DNA of 60,365 bases, filler included, from Sphacelaria rigidula (GCA_964200075.2; 9 parts of 9 records of this genome joined end to end with filler, not necessarily neighbours in it); one strand, 5' to 3'; counted from the first letter of the whole stretch, positions 1 through 13,338 are shown. Program-made: numbers and translations. The notes: generated from the letters alone by a model not told the origin.

Positions 1-1054
1 TACCCCGCGGTGGCCCCCTCTCCCCCGGGGCTGTCCCTCCGGTAATCCCCCCCCCCCCCCAAGTCATTATCCATAGCTCCAATTTAGACCCTTGAAAATA
101 AGGCAATCTTCACTTGAAATGTCTTCGAGAATCTCATGATGCCATGTACCCTGTTAATAAGGCAGAGCCGAACTAGTACTCACGTACTTCATACCTGTAT
201 TGAAAAAGAGAGTATCTGATTTACGGGGCAAGCCTTAGGCTATGGTCGCCGAGGAAGAATTCGGGGACAGGTAGTGTTTATCCTCCGATTTCGATTGGCC
301 GGGTGACGATAGTGCTGTGCGTGGCTCGGTACCAGTCTACACAGCGCACGATACCATGTACTCAGTCGGAACTTTGCTGAGGGTAAAGTGGAAAGCGTTG
401 TCGACCTAAACAGCGAAGGCATGCACACCCGGACACTATTCCACGCACAGCACAGTCGGCCAAAACGCCGCCCCCGCTCCCCCGCCCAAGTTTCAAGTCC
501 CGGACTCTTCTTCATTGTTCACAAGTGTTTTGCTCATAGTTGCTTCACTCAGAAGTGACGAAACTCACGCGGTGCGAACGAAGCCTGAGGGGGGCAGTGG
601 AGAGGAGGCCTGTCTTCGAGCCTGCCTGTTGTGTGTTGTTGTGTTCTGTACCGCTTGTGTGTTTGGGATGTTTGGCGGTCACTCCGGCCTACGTAAAAAT
701 GTTGCCATGATCCTTTTTTTTGTCACTCGAGCTGTCATGGGGTAGTGTACATTTGCTTTGGTGCATTATGTTGACGGATTCCACTGATGAAATCAAGTGT
801 AGGGAACGCGCCATCGTCCATGCGTGTAGGGGGTCTGATACCTCCTGTCTTGTGTATGTTGCGCGGACGTCATTGCATTTCCTGTTTCTTTGCCCACACC
901 CATCCTTGTAGCGTTGTGTAGCGTTGGCCTCTCGACCTCCATTCTGTGGTTGATATTATCAATATGAGGTCAATGGTGATGATGAATGTTGACGAGGAAG
1001 ATGTCGTTGGTTATGATGACAGTAAAGATATCGCTGATGTTGAGGATCTGAGGT

Positions 1055-1300
1055 TATGATGATATGATGGTATGATGATATGATGATATGATGATATGAT
1101 GATATGATGATATGATGATATGATGGTATGATGATAGGATGATATGATGATATGATGGTATGATGATATGATGGTATGATGATATGATGAGTGATGATTC
1201 GATGATATGATTGATGATATGATGATATGATGATATGATGATATGATGATATGGTAATCTGATGATCTGATGATGGGATGATGTAATGATGGGATAACCT
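1055..1300. repeat. (GATATGAT)n-like microsatellite
   Basis: tandem atgatgat/atgatggt units. Confidence 0.9.
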
Positions 1301-1459
1301 GATTATGTTGACGATGTTGGTGACAACGGTAGCAACGACAACGCTACCGCTACAGTAGTTTTGAGTTGACCAACATGTAATCGTCCGTTTCTACGCGTGT
1401 GTGTGTGTGTGTGATCCTGCTGCCATTGCGTCACACGGTGGTGATGGGTGTCGCATCAG

Positions 1460-1565
1460 GGTGATGTGTCAGGTGTGGAACTGCATGGAGGTGGAATATC
1501 TCCCTGTGTACGTTCCCACTGCCGAGGACCGAGAGAACCCTACCATCTTCGCTCTGCATGTACAG
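1460..1565 (+). CDS. Internal exon of LPCAT/LPEAT-type lysophospholipid acyltransferase
   Basis: cag acceptor 1457-1459, gtcagt donor; encodes VMCQVWNCMEVEYLPVYVPTAEDRENPTIFALHVQ, matching the LPCAT/LPEAT 'EVEYLPVYxP..E..NP..FA' segment. Confidence 0.85.
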
Positions 1566-1653
1566 GTCAGTCAGAACAATCGGAATAACGTGTTCTCGTC
1601 ATACATGTTTCCTCACCACGGTGAGGCATGGGATGGAAGAGTGGGAGGTAACC

Positions 1654-1745
1654 GCCGCGCCCTAGTGGTCTAATGGTACAACTGACAGATACTGCTACCG
1701 CTATTATGGGGTAGAAAAAACGCGGGTTCGATTCCTGTCAGATAC
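1654..1745 (+). mobile_element. tRNA-derived SINE head (family S1)
   Basis: A-box-like tggtctaatgg, B-box gggttcgattcc; similar to heads at 23546 and 31939 (- strand). Confidence 0.55.
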
Positions 1746-1920
1746 GTTTTTTTTTCTTTTTTTTTCGAAATTGTCTGGTTGCAGTAGTTGAAAGCGTTGG
1801 GGCGTAGGTAGCAAAAACATTCTGTTCAAGTAAGTTTGCTGGACGACAGTCGACCCGGCGCGGAAGTGGTACATGCCACAATCCAACACGCGCGACGGGA
1901 ATGCAGGACGTGCACTATAC

Positions 1921-2116
1921 CGGGGTGGGTTGTACTCGTGATCTTGCATGCCGTAGTCATATGGCCATTGACCTCGCATCCGTACAAAGCCGGGACGGAG
2001 CGTGCCGGGTTTCGCCGGACAGGCTCGCACTAGACCAGGGGAGGGGGGGGCGTACTCATCTGTTGCTTGCCTTAGTCGTTTGACCATTGACCACGTATCC
2101 CTTTCGAGATGGAGCA
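1921..2116 (-). mobile_element. Two adjacent 5'-truncated LINE 3'-end fragments
   Basis: G-run + (c/t)gtactc + ...ccattgacc(t/a)cg..tcc...acggagc; homologous to the tail of the 5250-5655 fragment. Confidence 0.65.
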
Positions 2117-2440
2117 CTGAGACGGGGATTCACGCGAGTGTAACCTGATATTTGGAGCCCTCGCGTCTCCTCATGTGTGGGAAATCATCCACTCATCATA
2201 AAAATGAACTCAGAAGAGCCATTTCCTGGGGAGGGACGGGTTGATTGAACTCTTGAGACCGCGGACTCGCCCCAAGGAAGGGGAGGGATGAAAAGTGAGA
2301 CATGAAAATAATGTGAACTAGACAGTTTTATTTTCTGCCGGATTGTGATGATTTAGGTTGGCAAAGACGAAGCAATGTTATGAGAACGATCTTGTGGCGG
2401 TTAGAAATAACGATTTCCCGCAGGATTTGACATGCAATTT

Positions 2441-2515
2441 TTGATTGATTGATAAATTGATTGATTGATTGTCGCACTTCAAGTGACCCCCCAGGGATCC
2501 AGCCGTGGTCACATG
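2441..2515. repeat. Dispersed short repeat (GATT run + gtcgcact...cccccagggatccagccgtg)
   Basis: further copies at about 11065-11132 (reverse), 31645-31700 and 49228-49270. Confidence 0.7.
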
Positions 2516-2806
2516 ATGGACGTTTTATTTTTGATAAATGCACTATTGATATGATGGGACGTCCCGTGCTGGGTTGCCGCCTTTCTATCGTATCTGCAGT
2601 CCCTAGTTACGTCGAGCCCGTTAGAAATGGACGGGGAACGTTGCATGTTTTTTTTATCTCTCTTTCGCCGCCATCGTGGTTGAGAGAAAGAGTAGGTCGA
2701 GGAATCCATTTGGAGGAAAAACAGACTGCAGCCGTCTTCTTTGGGTACTGAGCGTCGTGCCACGAACTCTCGCACGCGAGAGAGACAGCGCGCGCAAAGC
2801 AGTAGC

Positions 2807-2842
<36 letters not shown>
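2807..2842. repeat. (CA)n microsatellite
   Basis: direct. Confidence 0.95.
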
Positions 2843-2845
<3 letters not shown>

Positions 2846-3146
2846 GAAACACACACTCGAAACAAGAGAAAGATGAAGACAATAAAAGTGCGTACTTGTC
2901 GATGTTTGTGTTTGTGTGTGGGCGAGAGTACCGGCTCATGAATGATTTTCAAAGGCAAAGTGTCTACGTCCCACGTTGTCATGGCCGCTTTTGCTTTTCT
3001 CTATTTTTTCAGGATTCAATATTTGCGTTCATTCATCGCTCTCCTTGCAGTGATGTTATGTTTTATATAATGCGACAATCGACCGGTGTGTCTATGTTTG
3101 TATGTTTCATCTGTTCTTCTATTTTGCTTTTTTTCGTGCGGGGTAG

Positions 3147-3245
3147 GAGTATATGTCGCGACGTCTAGGGGTTCCTGCAACGCAGCACGCTTTTGAAGAC
3201 GTGGCTCTTCAGTTCCAGGCGATGAAGATGAATCTCGATCCGGAG
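3147..3245 (+). CDS. Next LPCAT/LPEAT exon
   Basis: tag acceptor, gtgagt donor, 99 nt phase 0; EYMSRRLGVPATQHAFEDVALQFQAMKMNLDPE continues the family motif (MA..LGVP.T.H.FED). Confidence 0.85.
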
Positions 3246-3619
3246 GTGAGTTGGGGTTTTCGACACAATTTCACGCGTCCATGTGTTTTGAGCGTTGAAT
3301 ATGTTCGCAGGGCGCGTTGAGTTTCGTGTCCATGTCCGTGCGTCGCAATTGCTACGGAGGCTTGCGGTAAAAAACATACGTCGAGTGCAGGTAGTATTAG
3401 TGCTGGTGGTGCTATTGGCGGACGAGTTGATGAGGAGCGTTTCGTAATCAAAATGCCTACACGCGGAAAATAAGTGAGCAAATGCAACCAACGATATGGT
3501 GTCTGTTGTTTATTGTCCTCATCGTTATTGTGATGATCATTATTGCTATCAAAATTAGTATTCGTATTGGCTTTGTTGTTGCTCTCGGTATTGATGTTGG
3601 TATTAGAATTGCTATTACT

Positions 3620-3786
3620 TTTTTTTTTGGTATTGGTATTGCTATTGTTTTTGGTATTGGTATTGCTATTGTTTTTGGTATTGGTATTGCTATTGTTTTT
3701 GGTATTGCTATTGCTGTTGTTTTTGGTATTGGTATTGGTATTGCTGTTGCTGTTGCTGTTGCTGCTGCTGTTGCTGTTGCTGCTGC

Positions 3787-3823
<37 letters not shown>

Positions 3824-3824
3824 A

Positions 3825-3913
<89 letters not shown>

Positions 3914-3914
3914 A

Positions 3915-3971
<57 letters not shown>

Positions 3972-3972
3972 C

Positions 3973-4019
<47 letters not shown>

Positions 4020-4030
4020 TTGTTGTTGTT
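3620..4030. repeat. Intronic (TTGCTG/TTGGTA)n microsatellite
   Basis: tandem hexamers; cause of the spurious poly-L and VA-rich ORFs. Confidence 0.95.
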
Positions 4031-4073
4031 TACTCACCTTGTGGTGTTCGGTACATGGCCGTTCTCGGTACAG

Positions 4074-4196
4074 GTGGCGGTGGTGGAGTGGTCCCGCGTG
4101 CGAGAGTCATTGGACATTGATGCAGGCACAGCGAAGGAGTACCTCATCGTCTTCTTGGAGATGGACACCGACCGAGACGGAAAGCTGTCGCTCGAG
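4074..4196 (+). CDS. LPCAT/LPEAT exon with EF-hand
   Basis: cag acceptor, gttcgt donor, 123 nt; VAVVEWSRVRESLDIDAGTAKEYLIVFLEMDTDRDGKLSLE contains EF-hand loop DTDRDGKLSLE; in frame with previous exon. Confidence 0.85.
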
Positions 4197-5054
4197 GTTC
4201 GTTCGTGCGAGAGAGTAAATGTCTGCTTACAACGCCCCATCTTGTTTCGTCTCAGTGTTCGCCTCCTCAGCTTAACGTGCATGTCTTGTATATTGGGTAT
4301 CGCGTATTCCCCTTTCCCCCTCTCCTCTCTCCTCCTGTCTGGAATCTGTCTGTTTGTCCTTCTTTGTCCTGCTGTCTCTGTTCATATATATTTTCTTTGA
4401 CCTCTCTGTATCCGCCTGTCCACGTCCCCTCCGTGTTTTTTTTGTTTTTGTGATGTAGATGCATTGTTGACATCCCCAGCCTATCCTCCCCTGTCCCATT
4501 TCTCGGAATGCCTATATAATTATAGGTAGACTTGCTGTCGTTTTCAATATATTTATATTTACACTGAGTATTCCAACCAAAATGTACGACCTTGCTGCAG
4601 AAGGAAAAGTACCGCCCGGCCGGCGCGTGTCAGATTACAGTCTGATCTTCGGGTATCATTCTGTTGACGGGTCTTTCATATCCTGGAAGCTTTGGTGGTT
4701 GCGAGCGTGGTCATTCGTGTCTGACACCTATGAAAAAAATGCGTACGGTGGGTACCTCGAGTTAAAAGCACGTTGTGACAAGCCAAAACAGGCACTCTTG
4801 ACCACACAACGCTCTTATCCCTACTTGAGAGTGCATCGCTTTCGTCCCGGGACAAGAGCGAAAACGTTCCTGAGTAGGGAAGATTCGAGTGAAATACGCG
4901 ACGATTCATCTCTAGATTACTTGTGTCCGAGTTGGGAGTTGGTGTGAGGCGGGTTCCGACGCCCCGGAGAAGCGGTGAATGCCTACGATACCGTGACACA
5001 ATGCATTTCAATGACGATTTCTACGAAGCGCTCCTCCCCCCCCCCAAAAAAAAA

Positions 5055-5250
5055 GTGGCTGGTTTGGGGAGTCGAAATCTTCCCAATTAAATCGAAATGA
5101 GAAAGGCCGAGCACAACGAGCAGCTGAAAATTCCCACGCTTGGGTTCGTTTTCGCCAATGTCGCACGTATGACGCGCTTCATGCAGCCTGAATACAAATA
5201 TCAGGCGCTGGATTCACCATTTTCTTCGTGACACTTTTGGGCTGGTTTTG
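5055..5250. repeat. Dispersed ~190-bp repeat (family C)
   Basis: core ttttcgccaatgtcgc...cttcatgcagcctgaa...cttcgtgaca; copies at about 12270-12430 (rev), 25420-25610 (rev), 47845-48000. Confidence 0.75.
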
Positions 5251-5655
5251 GGGGGCGTACTTATTTGTTGCTTGCCTCAGTCGTTTGACCATTGACTATG
5301 CATCCCTCTCGAGGCGGAGCACCGTTCCTACTCCTCAAAGAGACACCCCCAACGTTCCGGCGCTCATCACGTTTTTCTACACAAAAACTCCTACATATCT
5401 TATCCCCGTCCTTTTTCGCCGTCGGTGGCCACCATGTATCTCCTAGTATAGCCATCGTTTTCCCCCTACTGTCTAATGCATCAACCGATTCCATGCTATC
5501 TTCGTTCACGTCCCTCATTTCCCCCTCTAGCACGTCCCGTTCCTCCTTGTATAGTCCACATTCTGCCACTGTACGACTTCTGCTCTCTATTCCTTTGTCA
5601 CAGGGGCAGTTCTGTCCATCTACTTCCTCGTCCTTTAGTTTTTATTTGGGCGGGG
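5250..5655 (-). mobile_element. 3' fragment of a non-LTR retrotransposon (LINE ORF2 C-terminus)
   Basis: minus frame ...NCPCDKGIESRSRTVAECGLYKEERDVL...GCIVNGQTTEASNK*, resembling the degenerate C-terminal zinc-knuckle region of LINE ORF2; many shorter copies share its 3' end. Confidence 0.6.
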
Positions 5656-5902
5656 CGATATCGTTGAAGTTGCCAATATTTATACTCCACCAAAATTAGA
5701 CGTAACGTGTTGCTGCGCGTGTTGAGAAAATAAATCGCACCATAAGTATTAGACTACGAGAGATGCCGTGTTCTCGGGTGTGCAGTACGGATTTTCTCCA
5801 GGACTTGCTGCGCATCTACATTTTCCCGCTGCTCGTGGGCTCTGCATTTCATCATACCGCACATCATTCCTTTGACGTTCACTTCCTTCATAGGGTATGA
5901 AG

Positions 5903-5962
<60 letters not shown>
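5903..5962. repeat. (TAG)n microsatellite
   Basis: direct. Confidence 0.95.
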
Positions 5963-6139
5963 CTCCACTTGCTCCAACACATGAGACACCATACAGCCCA
6001 GCATCCAGCAACACTATTGCTATATATATCGCTCTGCTTCGCATCGCGCCTCCAAGCGATGGGACTCGCCTTCTTTGGCGGCATCGGAGCCGCCGACGTG
6101 AAGCAGAGAGAGTGCTAGAGCTGTTCGGGCCCTTCTTAA

Positions 6140-6241
6140 CCCTTAGATCGCGAAGCGGGTAGTCCATCTGGATCACGCAATCTTTTTTCAAGTGAAAATT
6201 GATGCCGATTCAGCAGGTCACCCCCCGTCGCGGTCTAGGGG
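6140..6241. mobile_element. piggyBac-type MITE (102 bp)
   Basis: TTAA on both sides (6136-6139, 6242-6245); TIRs cccttagatcgcga / tcgcggtctagggg. Confidence 0.8.
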
Positions 6242-6245
6242 TTAA

Positions 6246-6550
6246 CGAAGGAGATTATCCCCTTTCTCACAATCCCCTTTTGACAGGGGATTGGCCCCAT
6301 AACGACCAGTCCCCAGTCCTATCGAAAAGCAGTTTTGTACAGATTCGAACCCAGGTCTGCACGCAGGTTGAAAACTGCGGCGGGTCTGGAAGTGGTCGTT
6401 AGTCCAAGCAGGTCCAGGTCTGTGTAATGCTGCAGACAAGACACACCAAGGCAACACAACACCTACACACCCAGCCCCGAAAGAACACGCCCAGAAACCC
6501 ACCACTCACGCGCATTAGTTTCACTGCTGCTAGCCCGTGCTAATCTACCA
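6246..6550. repeat. Dispersed ~300-bp repeat (family A)
   Basis: copies at 38625-38936 (reverse) and 45880-46160. Confidence 0.8.
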
Positions 6551-6619
6551 CGGTTAGGACAAATCATCACGACTCAAAATCACCAAATTCACGATTTCTC
6601 CTGCCTGATTGCCCGAAAG

Positions 6620-6719
6620 NNNNNNNNNNNNNNNNNNNNNNNNNNNNNNNNNNNNNNNNNNNNTTAATTAATTAANNNNNNNNNNNNNNNNNNNNNNNNN
6701 NNNNNNNNNNNNNNNNNNN
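6620..6719. other. Artificial contig linker N44-TTAATTAATTAA-N44 (also 13339-13438, 20058-20157, 26776-26875, 33494-33593, 40212-40311, 46930-47029, 53648-53747)
   Basis: identical 100-bp spacers with a six-frame stop sequence. Confidence 0.98.
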
Positions 6720-8025
6720 CTTTGTCGCTTTCTTTCGTCTACTCCCCACGCCTCGTTCGAGGGAGGGAGAAAAGGGGGGGGGGGGGGGGGAAGAGAGAGA
6801 AGCTTGCTCCGCAGACCAAGAACTTGTGCGAATGCTTGTCGTGATCATTTGAGTGCGGTTGCTCAGCTTTGGTGCTCTCCTGTTCAATGGCCCACAGATC
6901 TCTCGCACAGGTATATCCCACAGAGACGCAGTCTTCCCTCTCCACAACATGTACACTAAAGCCAGGTGAAGCTCCGAGTATATTATCCAATGTTTTTTTC
7001 ATCAGAACAATGTAAGTGAACCTAGCAGCCACTGCGCATCCTCTTCGAGTCTACCAAGCGATAACACTGCCTTTCAACACCTGGCCCCTACCATGTGCGT
7101 TTGTTCTTTTGCTTTCGAACTTCGCCGGTCCCGTGCTGTACCTCGTAGACAACCAAAAGCTAATCGATTCGAGCGTATGCTGGCAGTTCCCACGGGCGAC
7201 AAAATCAAACAGTCGACTCCATATCGGCTGTTCATTCTGTTCTCTGTACAATCAGATCGTACGCCCTAGACGCTCATCTAGTATACTAAGCGGCATGAAA
7301 ATAATGACCAAGACACGACGTCGATAAGACTATTTTTCGCGTTTTACTCAAAAGTATGGATAATCGGGGTGAGTGTAAACAGTGCGAGAGTTCTTAGCAA
7401 AGTGTTCGATAAATCCCCTGTTGCTAATAAACATCGGCACAGGTCGGTCGCACACGGCTCTTAGGACGTAGGACGTACATGCAGTAGATTCGGGACCACC
7501 CCAACAAGGGTTTGTCAGGATGTTTCCATAGACCATGCTTACTAGCTTTTAAGCTGGCGTCGGTGTCGGCTCTGTTCGATTTCTCTGCCTGACACTCCAT
7601 TTCTACCCTCTTTTTCGAGGTTTCTTCAGCGGCTACTTGTGTTCGCTTATTTCACGGTACGTGAGTATTGCGACCACGGCTCAGTTTGGAGTTGATCATT
7701 CGGTCGATGTGCGACAATCGATCGTTTGCGGTCAACCAATCAACTACCCCCCTCCAGTAACGAAAAGTTCGCCCCCGACTTCCCCGAAGACCACGGTGGC
7801 AGTGCAGTAGTAGTACCGCCGGAAACTGTGTAATTCAACTAGGTCTCCACACGAGATATGCCATATATATATATATATATATATTACATTTTTTTGCAGC
7901 ACAACAAAGCCTTTCCCCTCTCGAGAAAGGCCAAAGTTGGAACATGCTGTAGCGGGGAGGAGGGAAGGTGGTGATGCATGCCTCGTACTTCGAATATAAA
8001 CAACACAGTAGTGCGGTGGGCGCAC

Positions 8026-8235
8026 CTTCGCGATCATGTTACGGGTGACGACGATGTCGCTGTACGCGGGGTTGTCCTCGATGTGGTAGGTGTGCGTGGG
8101 GTAAATGCTCTGCAGTACTTCCCACGTGAGCATCAGCTCCGTACCGGTGGAGCCGCGGCGTCGTCCAGACGGAGATGAGGGAGACCCCGATAGCGACGAG
8201 GGAGAAATGGATGATGGCTTTCTCTTCGAGCGCAT
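8026..8235 (-). CDS. Probable exon of unassigned gene, with apparent 1-nt frame switch
   Basis: aag acceptor, gtgcg donor; GC3-rich codons in frame DALEEKAIIHFSLVAIGVSLISVWTTP then in frame GSTGTELMLTWEVLQSIYPTHTYHIEDNPAYSDIVVTRNMIAK. Confidence 0.5.
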
Positions 8236-8614
8236 CTTCGATGTTGTTGCCGCACGAAAAAGACATACGTGCGTGTGTATACAGTTATGAGATTAATAAA
8301 AAAACGTCGCATCAGCTGCTTAACGTCTTCTGATGAGGCAACCTCTCAACAGGATTGCAAGGTAATCTTCAAACATTGCTTATATCTTGTAAAGTAGCAG
8401 TACAGAGACATTGACCCACCCCATACGTAATTGTTGGTGCTTATCTTTCATTTTGGTGATATTTGAGTCAATTGCGTTTGTTCATGTAATTAGGCTGGAG
8501 TCTCTGAAAAATGATAGGGGACTCTATGTCTTGTAAGAAATAGCAGAGACGGTATTGGAAAGACGAGCCAACGTCTGTGACCGCGGGATCGAGAGATCGG
8601 ACTAATATGCGGAA

Positions 8615-9018
8615 ATAATAATGATACAAATAGTGATAACAGTAATGATGATGATAATAATAATGATAATAATAATAACAATGACGATAACAATAATAAT
8701 GATGATAATGATAATAATAATAACAATGACGATAATAATAATGATAATAATAACAAAATAGTAATGATGATAGTGATGATGATGATCATCATAATAGTAA
8801 TAGTAATAGTAGTAATAATAATAATTATGGTAATAGTAATAACAATAACAACAAAATAATAAGAATAAGAATAACAACAACAATAGTACTAATAATAGTA
8901 ATAATAATAGTAATAATAATAGTAATAATAATAATAGTAATAATAATAATAAGAATAATGATAATGATAATGATAATGATAATGATAATGATAATGATAA
9001 CAATAATAGTAATAATAC

Positions 9019-9049
<31 letters not shown>

Positions 9050-9060
9050 CAGAAGAAGAA
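8615..9060. repeat. (AAT/GAT)n then (AGA)n microsatellite
   Basis: direct. Confidence 0.95.
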
Positions 9061-9065
9061 TCTAC

Positions 9066-9139
9066 CTGCATCCAACAAGTCGTCGCCCTCCTCGGCCATA
9101 TACATGGACAACACATACCCAGTGTCGATATGTAGAATT
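9066..9139 (-). CDS. Probable upstream exon of the same gene
   Basis: tag acceptor, gtaga donor; ILHIDTGYVLSMYMAEEGDDLLDA ends in phase 1, compatible with the 8235 acceptor. Confidence 0.5.
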
Positions 9140-12100
9140 CTAACTCGGCAAGTTCAGTGCACGCATATATACACACACATATATATACCGTAAGTAAAGT
9201 CACCCCGAGAAGAACGTTCGGGGAGGGTGGGACGGAGGAGGGCGTGAGCGAGGCGCTCATTATTCTGGTTATCTCTTCCTACCCTGTGAAGAAGATTAAA
9301 CTGAGAATTAATCGTAGAACATTCACTTTTTAATTTTAGTATACAAGAAAACAGCATCGTTTGTGTGAACCATTACCATTGGGTTCCCACACAAACAATA
9401 TCATGACTCTTTCATGACCTCTCCCCCCCTGGAAACTGCGGCTTTGGATCCTGATTCGTTTTACTACTGTCGTACTATACCGGCCATTATTCGGTATGGG
9501 GGTCAGTAGCTATACTGTTTCGTAACGAAACACGTACCGCAATGGAAACCGCAAACAGGCAGCACATTTATACCGTCAATTTCTTGGGGGGAAAAGGCGG
9601 TATCATTTTGCTTTTCGAGCCATCCCACGGTATGGGGGGGGGGGTGTATTTCGTTCAGCGAAACAAGGGAGTCTCATCTATGGTGTAGACAGGTGCATGC
9701 TGTTGATGAGAATATCATTTGTACGCAATTCGCGGCCTGCAACAACACTTCCAAGCGACTCATTCGCGCAAGAAGAGACCCAAAATGCCCTCCCCCCTGT
9801 CGTAGGATGACTCCAAAGCGGCTCCTTCGTGGAAGAAGAGGCCCGAAATACCCCCCCTCCCCCATCGTAGGATGGCTCATTCTATGAAATGCGGAATATT
9901 CTACGAGCTGAACCATATGAGAGTTCTCATTGGCAGTTCACGAATCTTGCGCAGCCTGACTTTAGGACTTAGGAGCAGAGACTTTGATACGAAACTTGTA
10001 TTACCAATACGCGGAAAGTGGCCGAAGCACCTAAGAAAGAGAAATTTATCAACAAAACGTTAGAGCGATTTGAAATTTTAGCAATGAAAGGATAATGCCA
10101 TGGCTCCGTGAATAAACTACGGTTGCTGCCGTGAATTAAAAAAAAATGCCTGCAGAGGATCCTTGTAAAATTTCCGCTCAAAACTTTTGATATTGGGTTG
10201 CGCACTCGACGTTCTGTGTGACTACGTTGCGCCCCGATGGTCTGAGTGACACAGAAACTCTAGTTAATGGAGGTCACGACTTCGAAGCCCGGTGGATACT
10301 CCCCTTCCCCCCCCGCAAATCCGGTTCCGTCTTTGAGGTGTCATACGGCACGTCTTTTTGCATGTGTTCGTCTTTTGCAGCAGAGCGTGCATCAGCAGAT
10401 TGGGCTGCAGTTCGCAGCGATATGCTTACATCGGACTGATTCGGGAAACTGAGGAAGTTACCGTGAGCCCGCGGTACGCGTGTTTCTAGGCTAGTCCAGC
10501 TCGTTGCTACCCTGCTTAGGCCGGTCGTTCGAGTAACCGCCACATCATCGTGCTCGCCTGCATAAACGACACTTCCCCAACGGCACTAAACACGGGGAAT
10601 GTGCCACAGAAAGCACGCGTCCGACCTTTGATTGTGTGTTGTTGTGCAGTATTGTGACGACAGAGGCTGGCGCTTCCACCAACCTTCACCGATCTAAAAA
10701 GTAGCCGTGAGCCATTCCCTTTTCTTTTGCAAGCAAGTGTTGTATCCGCGTAACATATAATCTCCGTTCTGACAGCATTCGATGACAGGAGAGAGGGAGG
10801 TTTCGGATAGCTGTAGGTAATTTCCTGGTTGTTTTCTGACTGCCGTCGTTCGGAAGCGTCATGTTGTGAGTCGAGAAACACAACAAAATAGCAAGGGAAC
10901 CCGGCGGGTTGCGGGAATACTGGAGTAGTGTTCGGAATAATCAACGACAAGGCGATCAACCGGTGGAGAGGAAGATGGGATAGTGGACTGTATGCGAGCT
11001 GGTTTCGCCGAAATCGCACAACAATAATCTATCACCAGTTTTGCTTTTCTTGGGTACGTCTATCATGCGATCACGGCTGGATCCCTGGGGGGTCAGTTAA
11101 AGTGCGACAATCAATCACTCAAATCAATCAACCAAGTTATCTAGTGATTTCAAGACCCTAGGCGCAGCAAACAACGAATTCGCTTCACGATGATAACTAG
11201 GCGAAGACCATGACGTGGCCTCAGCAGTCGAGCTACCTAGTTTTCCTAAATAAGTACTCGTATCCCCAATGAGATAGAATTCTGCCGAGGGGGCGAATAT
11301 GGTGCATGTTTTTCATACCGTAGCTCATTCCGTATTCCACGTGAAGTGGTGTCGCTTCTATGGCGGTACTTTCGGTACATACTTATGAAGATTCTAGGAG
11401 AGACTCCATTTCAAAAAGTTTGGGTATGGCACTCGACCTCAGTCTTGACTTATACAAATCATAAGGTATTCTCATTGGACACTTGCAGTAGCACAAATGG
11501 GATTATCCCCAGATCAAACTTATCCCTCCTCTCGTTCTTGCCCCGCGTGAGCGGTTGAGTTTTCATGTGATACTTCTCACACCTGTCACAACGGTCACAG
11601 CTAGATCCGCGGTTTGAAGAAGTGACTTACCTATATCGGAGTCTCAGATTCTGGTGAAACTGGGCTACTCTAGATCATCGAATGACCTAACATGACACAC
11701 AAAAACCGGAAGCACTTGCCAAAAGAAACTCGAGCGAGGGGAGAGTTAACTTAAAAATATCGAACAAACGGGGTAAACCGAACAAACACGGGAGACAAGG
11801 AAACAGAATGAAAGGGAAGAAAATGAAATGGGAATGAAAAGACGGAACAATGGGGTCCCCATGAAAAGGATCCTGAAAATGATACTGAACACTCAAGCGG
11901 GGTTCAAACCGTATTGCAAGAACGACCAACTAAGAATTTCATTCGTAGATTGAAACTTCCCCTGGCTTGTTTTGCCGCGTATTGTTGCTCCGGCGTCTAA
12001 GGCCATATGTATGCATGTATATATATGTACATGTATTTTTTCGTACGTTCGAAGCGGCTCTCACCAGGCGAGGGGGGATGCTTTCATCGACTTCCTTCGA

Positions 12101-13099
12101 ATTTCATCACAAACTATTCCAGAGTTTTCTCGAACACTCTCAAAATGATAAAAAAAAAAGAGGGAATAATGCTTGTATAAGAAGTAGAGTGCCGCCGTTG
12201 GCATTTCGGAAAATAATTCCCGTTGCTGGAAACATTCTATTATGGATGAGTAATGCCGCGATAGCACCCCGCCCAACCGCGAAACTGTCGGGAACAAAAT
12301 GGCCCTACAGTGTATCATGCCTGGTTTCAGGCTGCATGAAGCAGCTCACATCGGCGATGTTGGCGAAAACGATCAAAAGCGTGGCAATTCCCAGCTGCGC
12401 GGTGTGCTCGGCTTTTGTCAGCTTTATTCACATGTAGAGTTTGCCTCCTCGAGCCAGCAACTTCTCTGGGAGGGGCTGTCACGGCACTACCCAGATGTAG
12501 AAATAGGAAAACTCATCGGAGGGAAACTCCCTGCCCCTTGCGAATTTCCTGGGACTCGAAAAACACTCCGGCACCATTTGTTTCCAAGATGAGGGAATCC
12601 GATGAAAGGCGGCTTCCCTCACCTCGTGAGAGCCGTTTCGCATGTGCGAAAAGAGATCTATTTATACGGCTTTAGACACCGGCGCAACAATGCGCGACAA
12701 GGCAAGCTAGGGCATGTTTCAGCGGATTAATAATATCTTCAATTGGTTGCTTGTTTTTCCATAACTGTTTCACATAAAATGTGACTTTTCGGAATGCGAC
12801 TTCAACCCCTTTTCAGTGTTCAACCCCGTTTTTCAGGATCCCTTGTTGTTTGTTTGTTGGTTACCTAGAGGACGAATCCTATTATGAAAAAAAGGAAAGG
12901 CGAAAATCCTCCAAACGCGCCGATTTCAAGTAAGCATTCCTCGTTAACAGCGTACCGACACGCTGGCTGCGGAAGCTTTAAACTAGACTAAACTGTCTCA
13001 GCTATCGATCAGTACCGCCTAAAATCATTGGATTTCCGTGAAACTTGCGCGATAATTATTGAATCAAATTTCATAAATTCGAAAATGTGTGTGTTGTGT

Positions 13100-13338
13100 G
13101 TTTTGTCGTCCCATTTATTCTAGGCGCCAGTCTACACCTTTCGGTATATGTGGGCGCATCAGCCAGGGTCACACACGAGGAAGGTAAACACAGGAACTTT
13201 TTTTTTTTTTCTAGTAACCCACCTTTCTTCTGCGGTGTGCTTGCCTTTTTTTTTATCGCGAGAGGGGTTCAGCAGCCCCTTTCCCTCGTCGACCGTGGAG
13301 TCAAATTTTGTGTACCCACGACATAGTCGCTCTCCACT
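13100..13338 (-). mobile_element. SINE body (family S2), cut by contig end
   Basis: reverse homologue of 43150-43373; tail fragments also at about 25830-25890 and 59145-59225. Confidence 0.7.

Noticed and set aside
3482..4400. Long poly-Leu / Val-Ala ORFs (also 8490-9143, 34341-34574, 5749-6191)
   Set aside because: Translations of intronic microsatellites; only the embedded exons are supported.
4582..4947. Tyrosine-recombinase remnant (HRFRPG)
   Set aside because: Only one loose motif; no other catalytic residues recognisable.
6664..6675. TTAATTAATTAA as a biological motif, and ORFs running into N runs
   Set aside because: Assembly linker.
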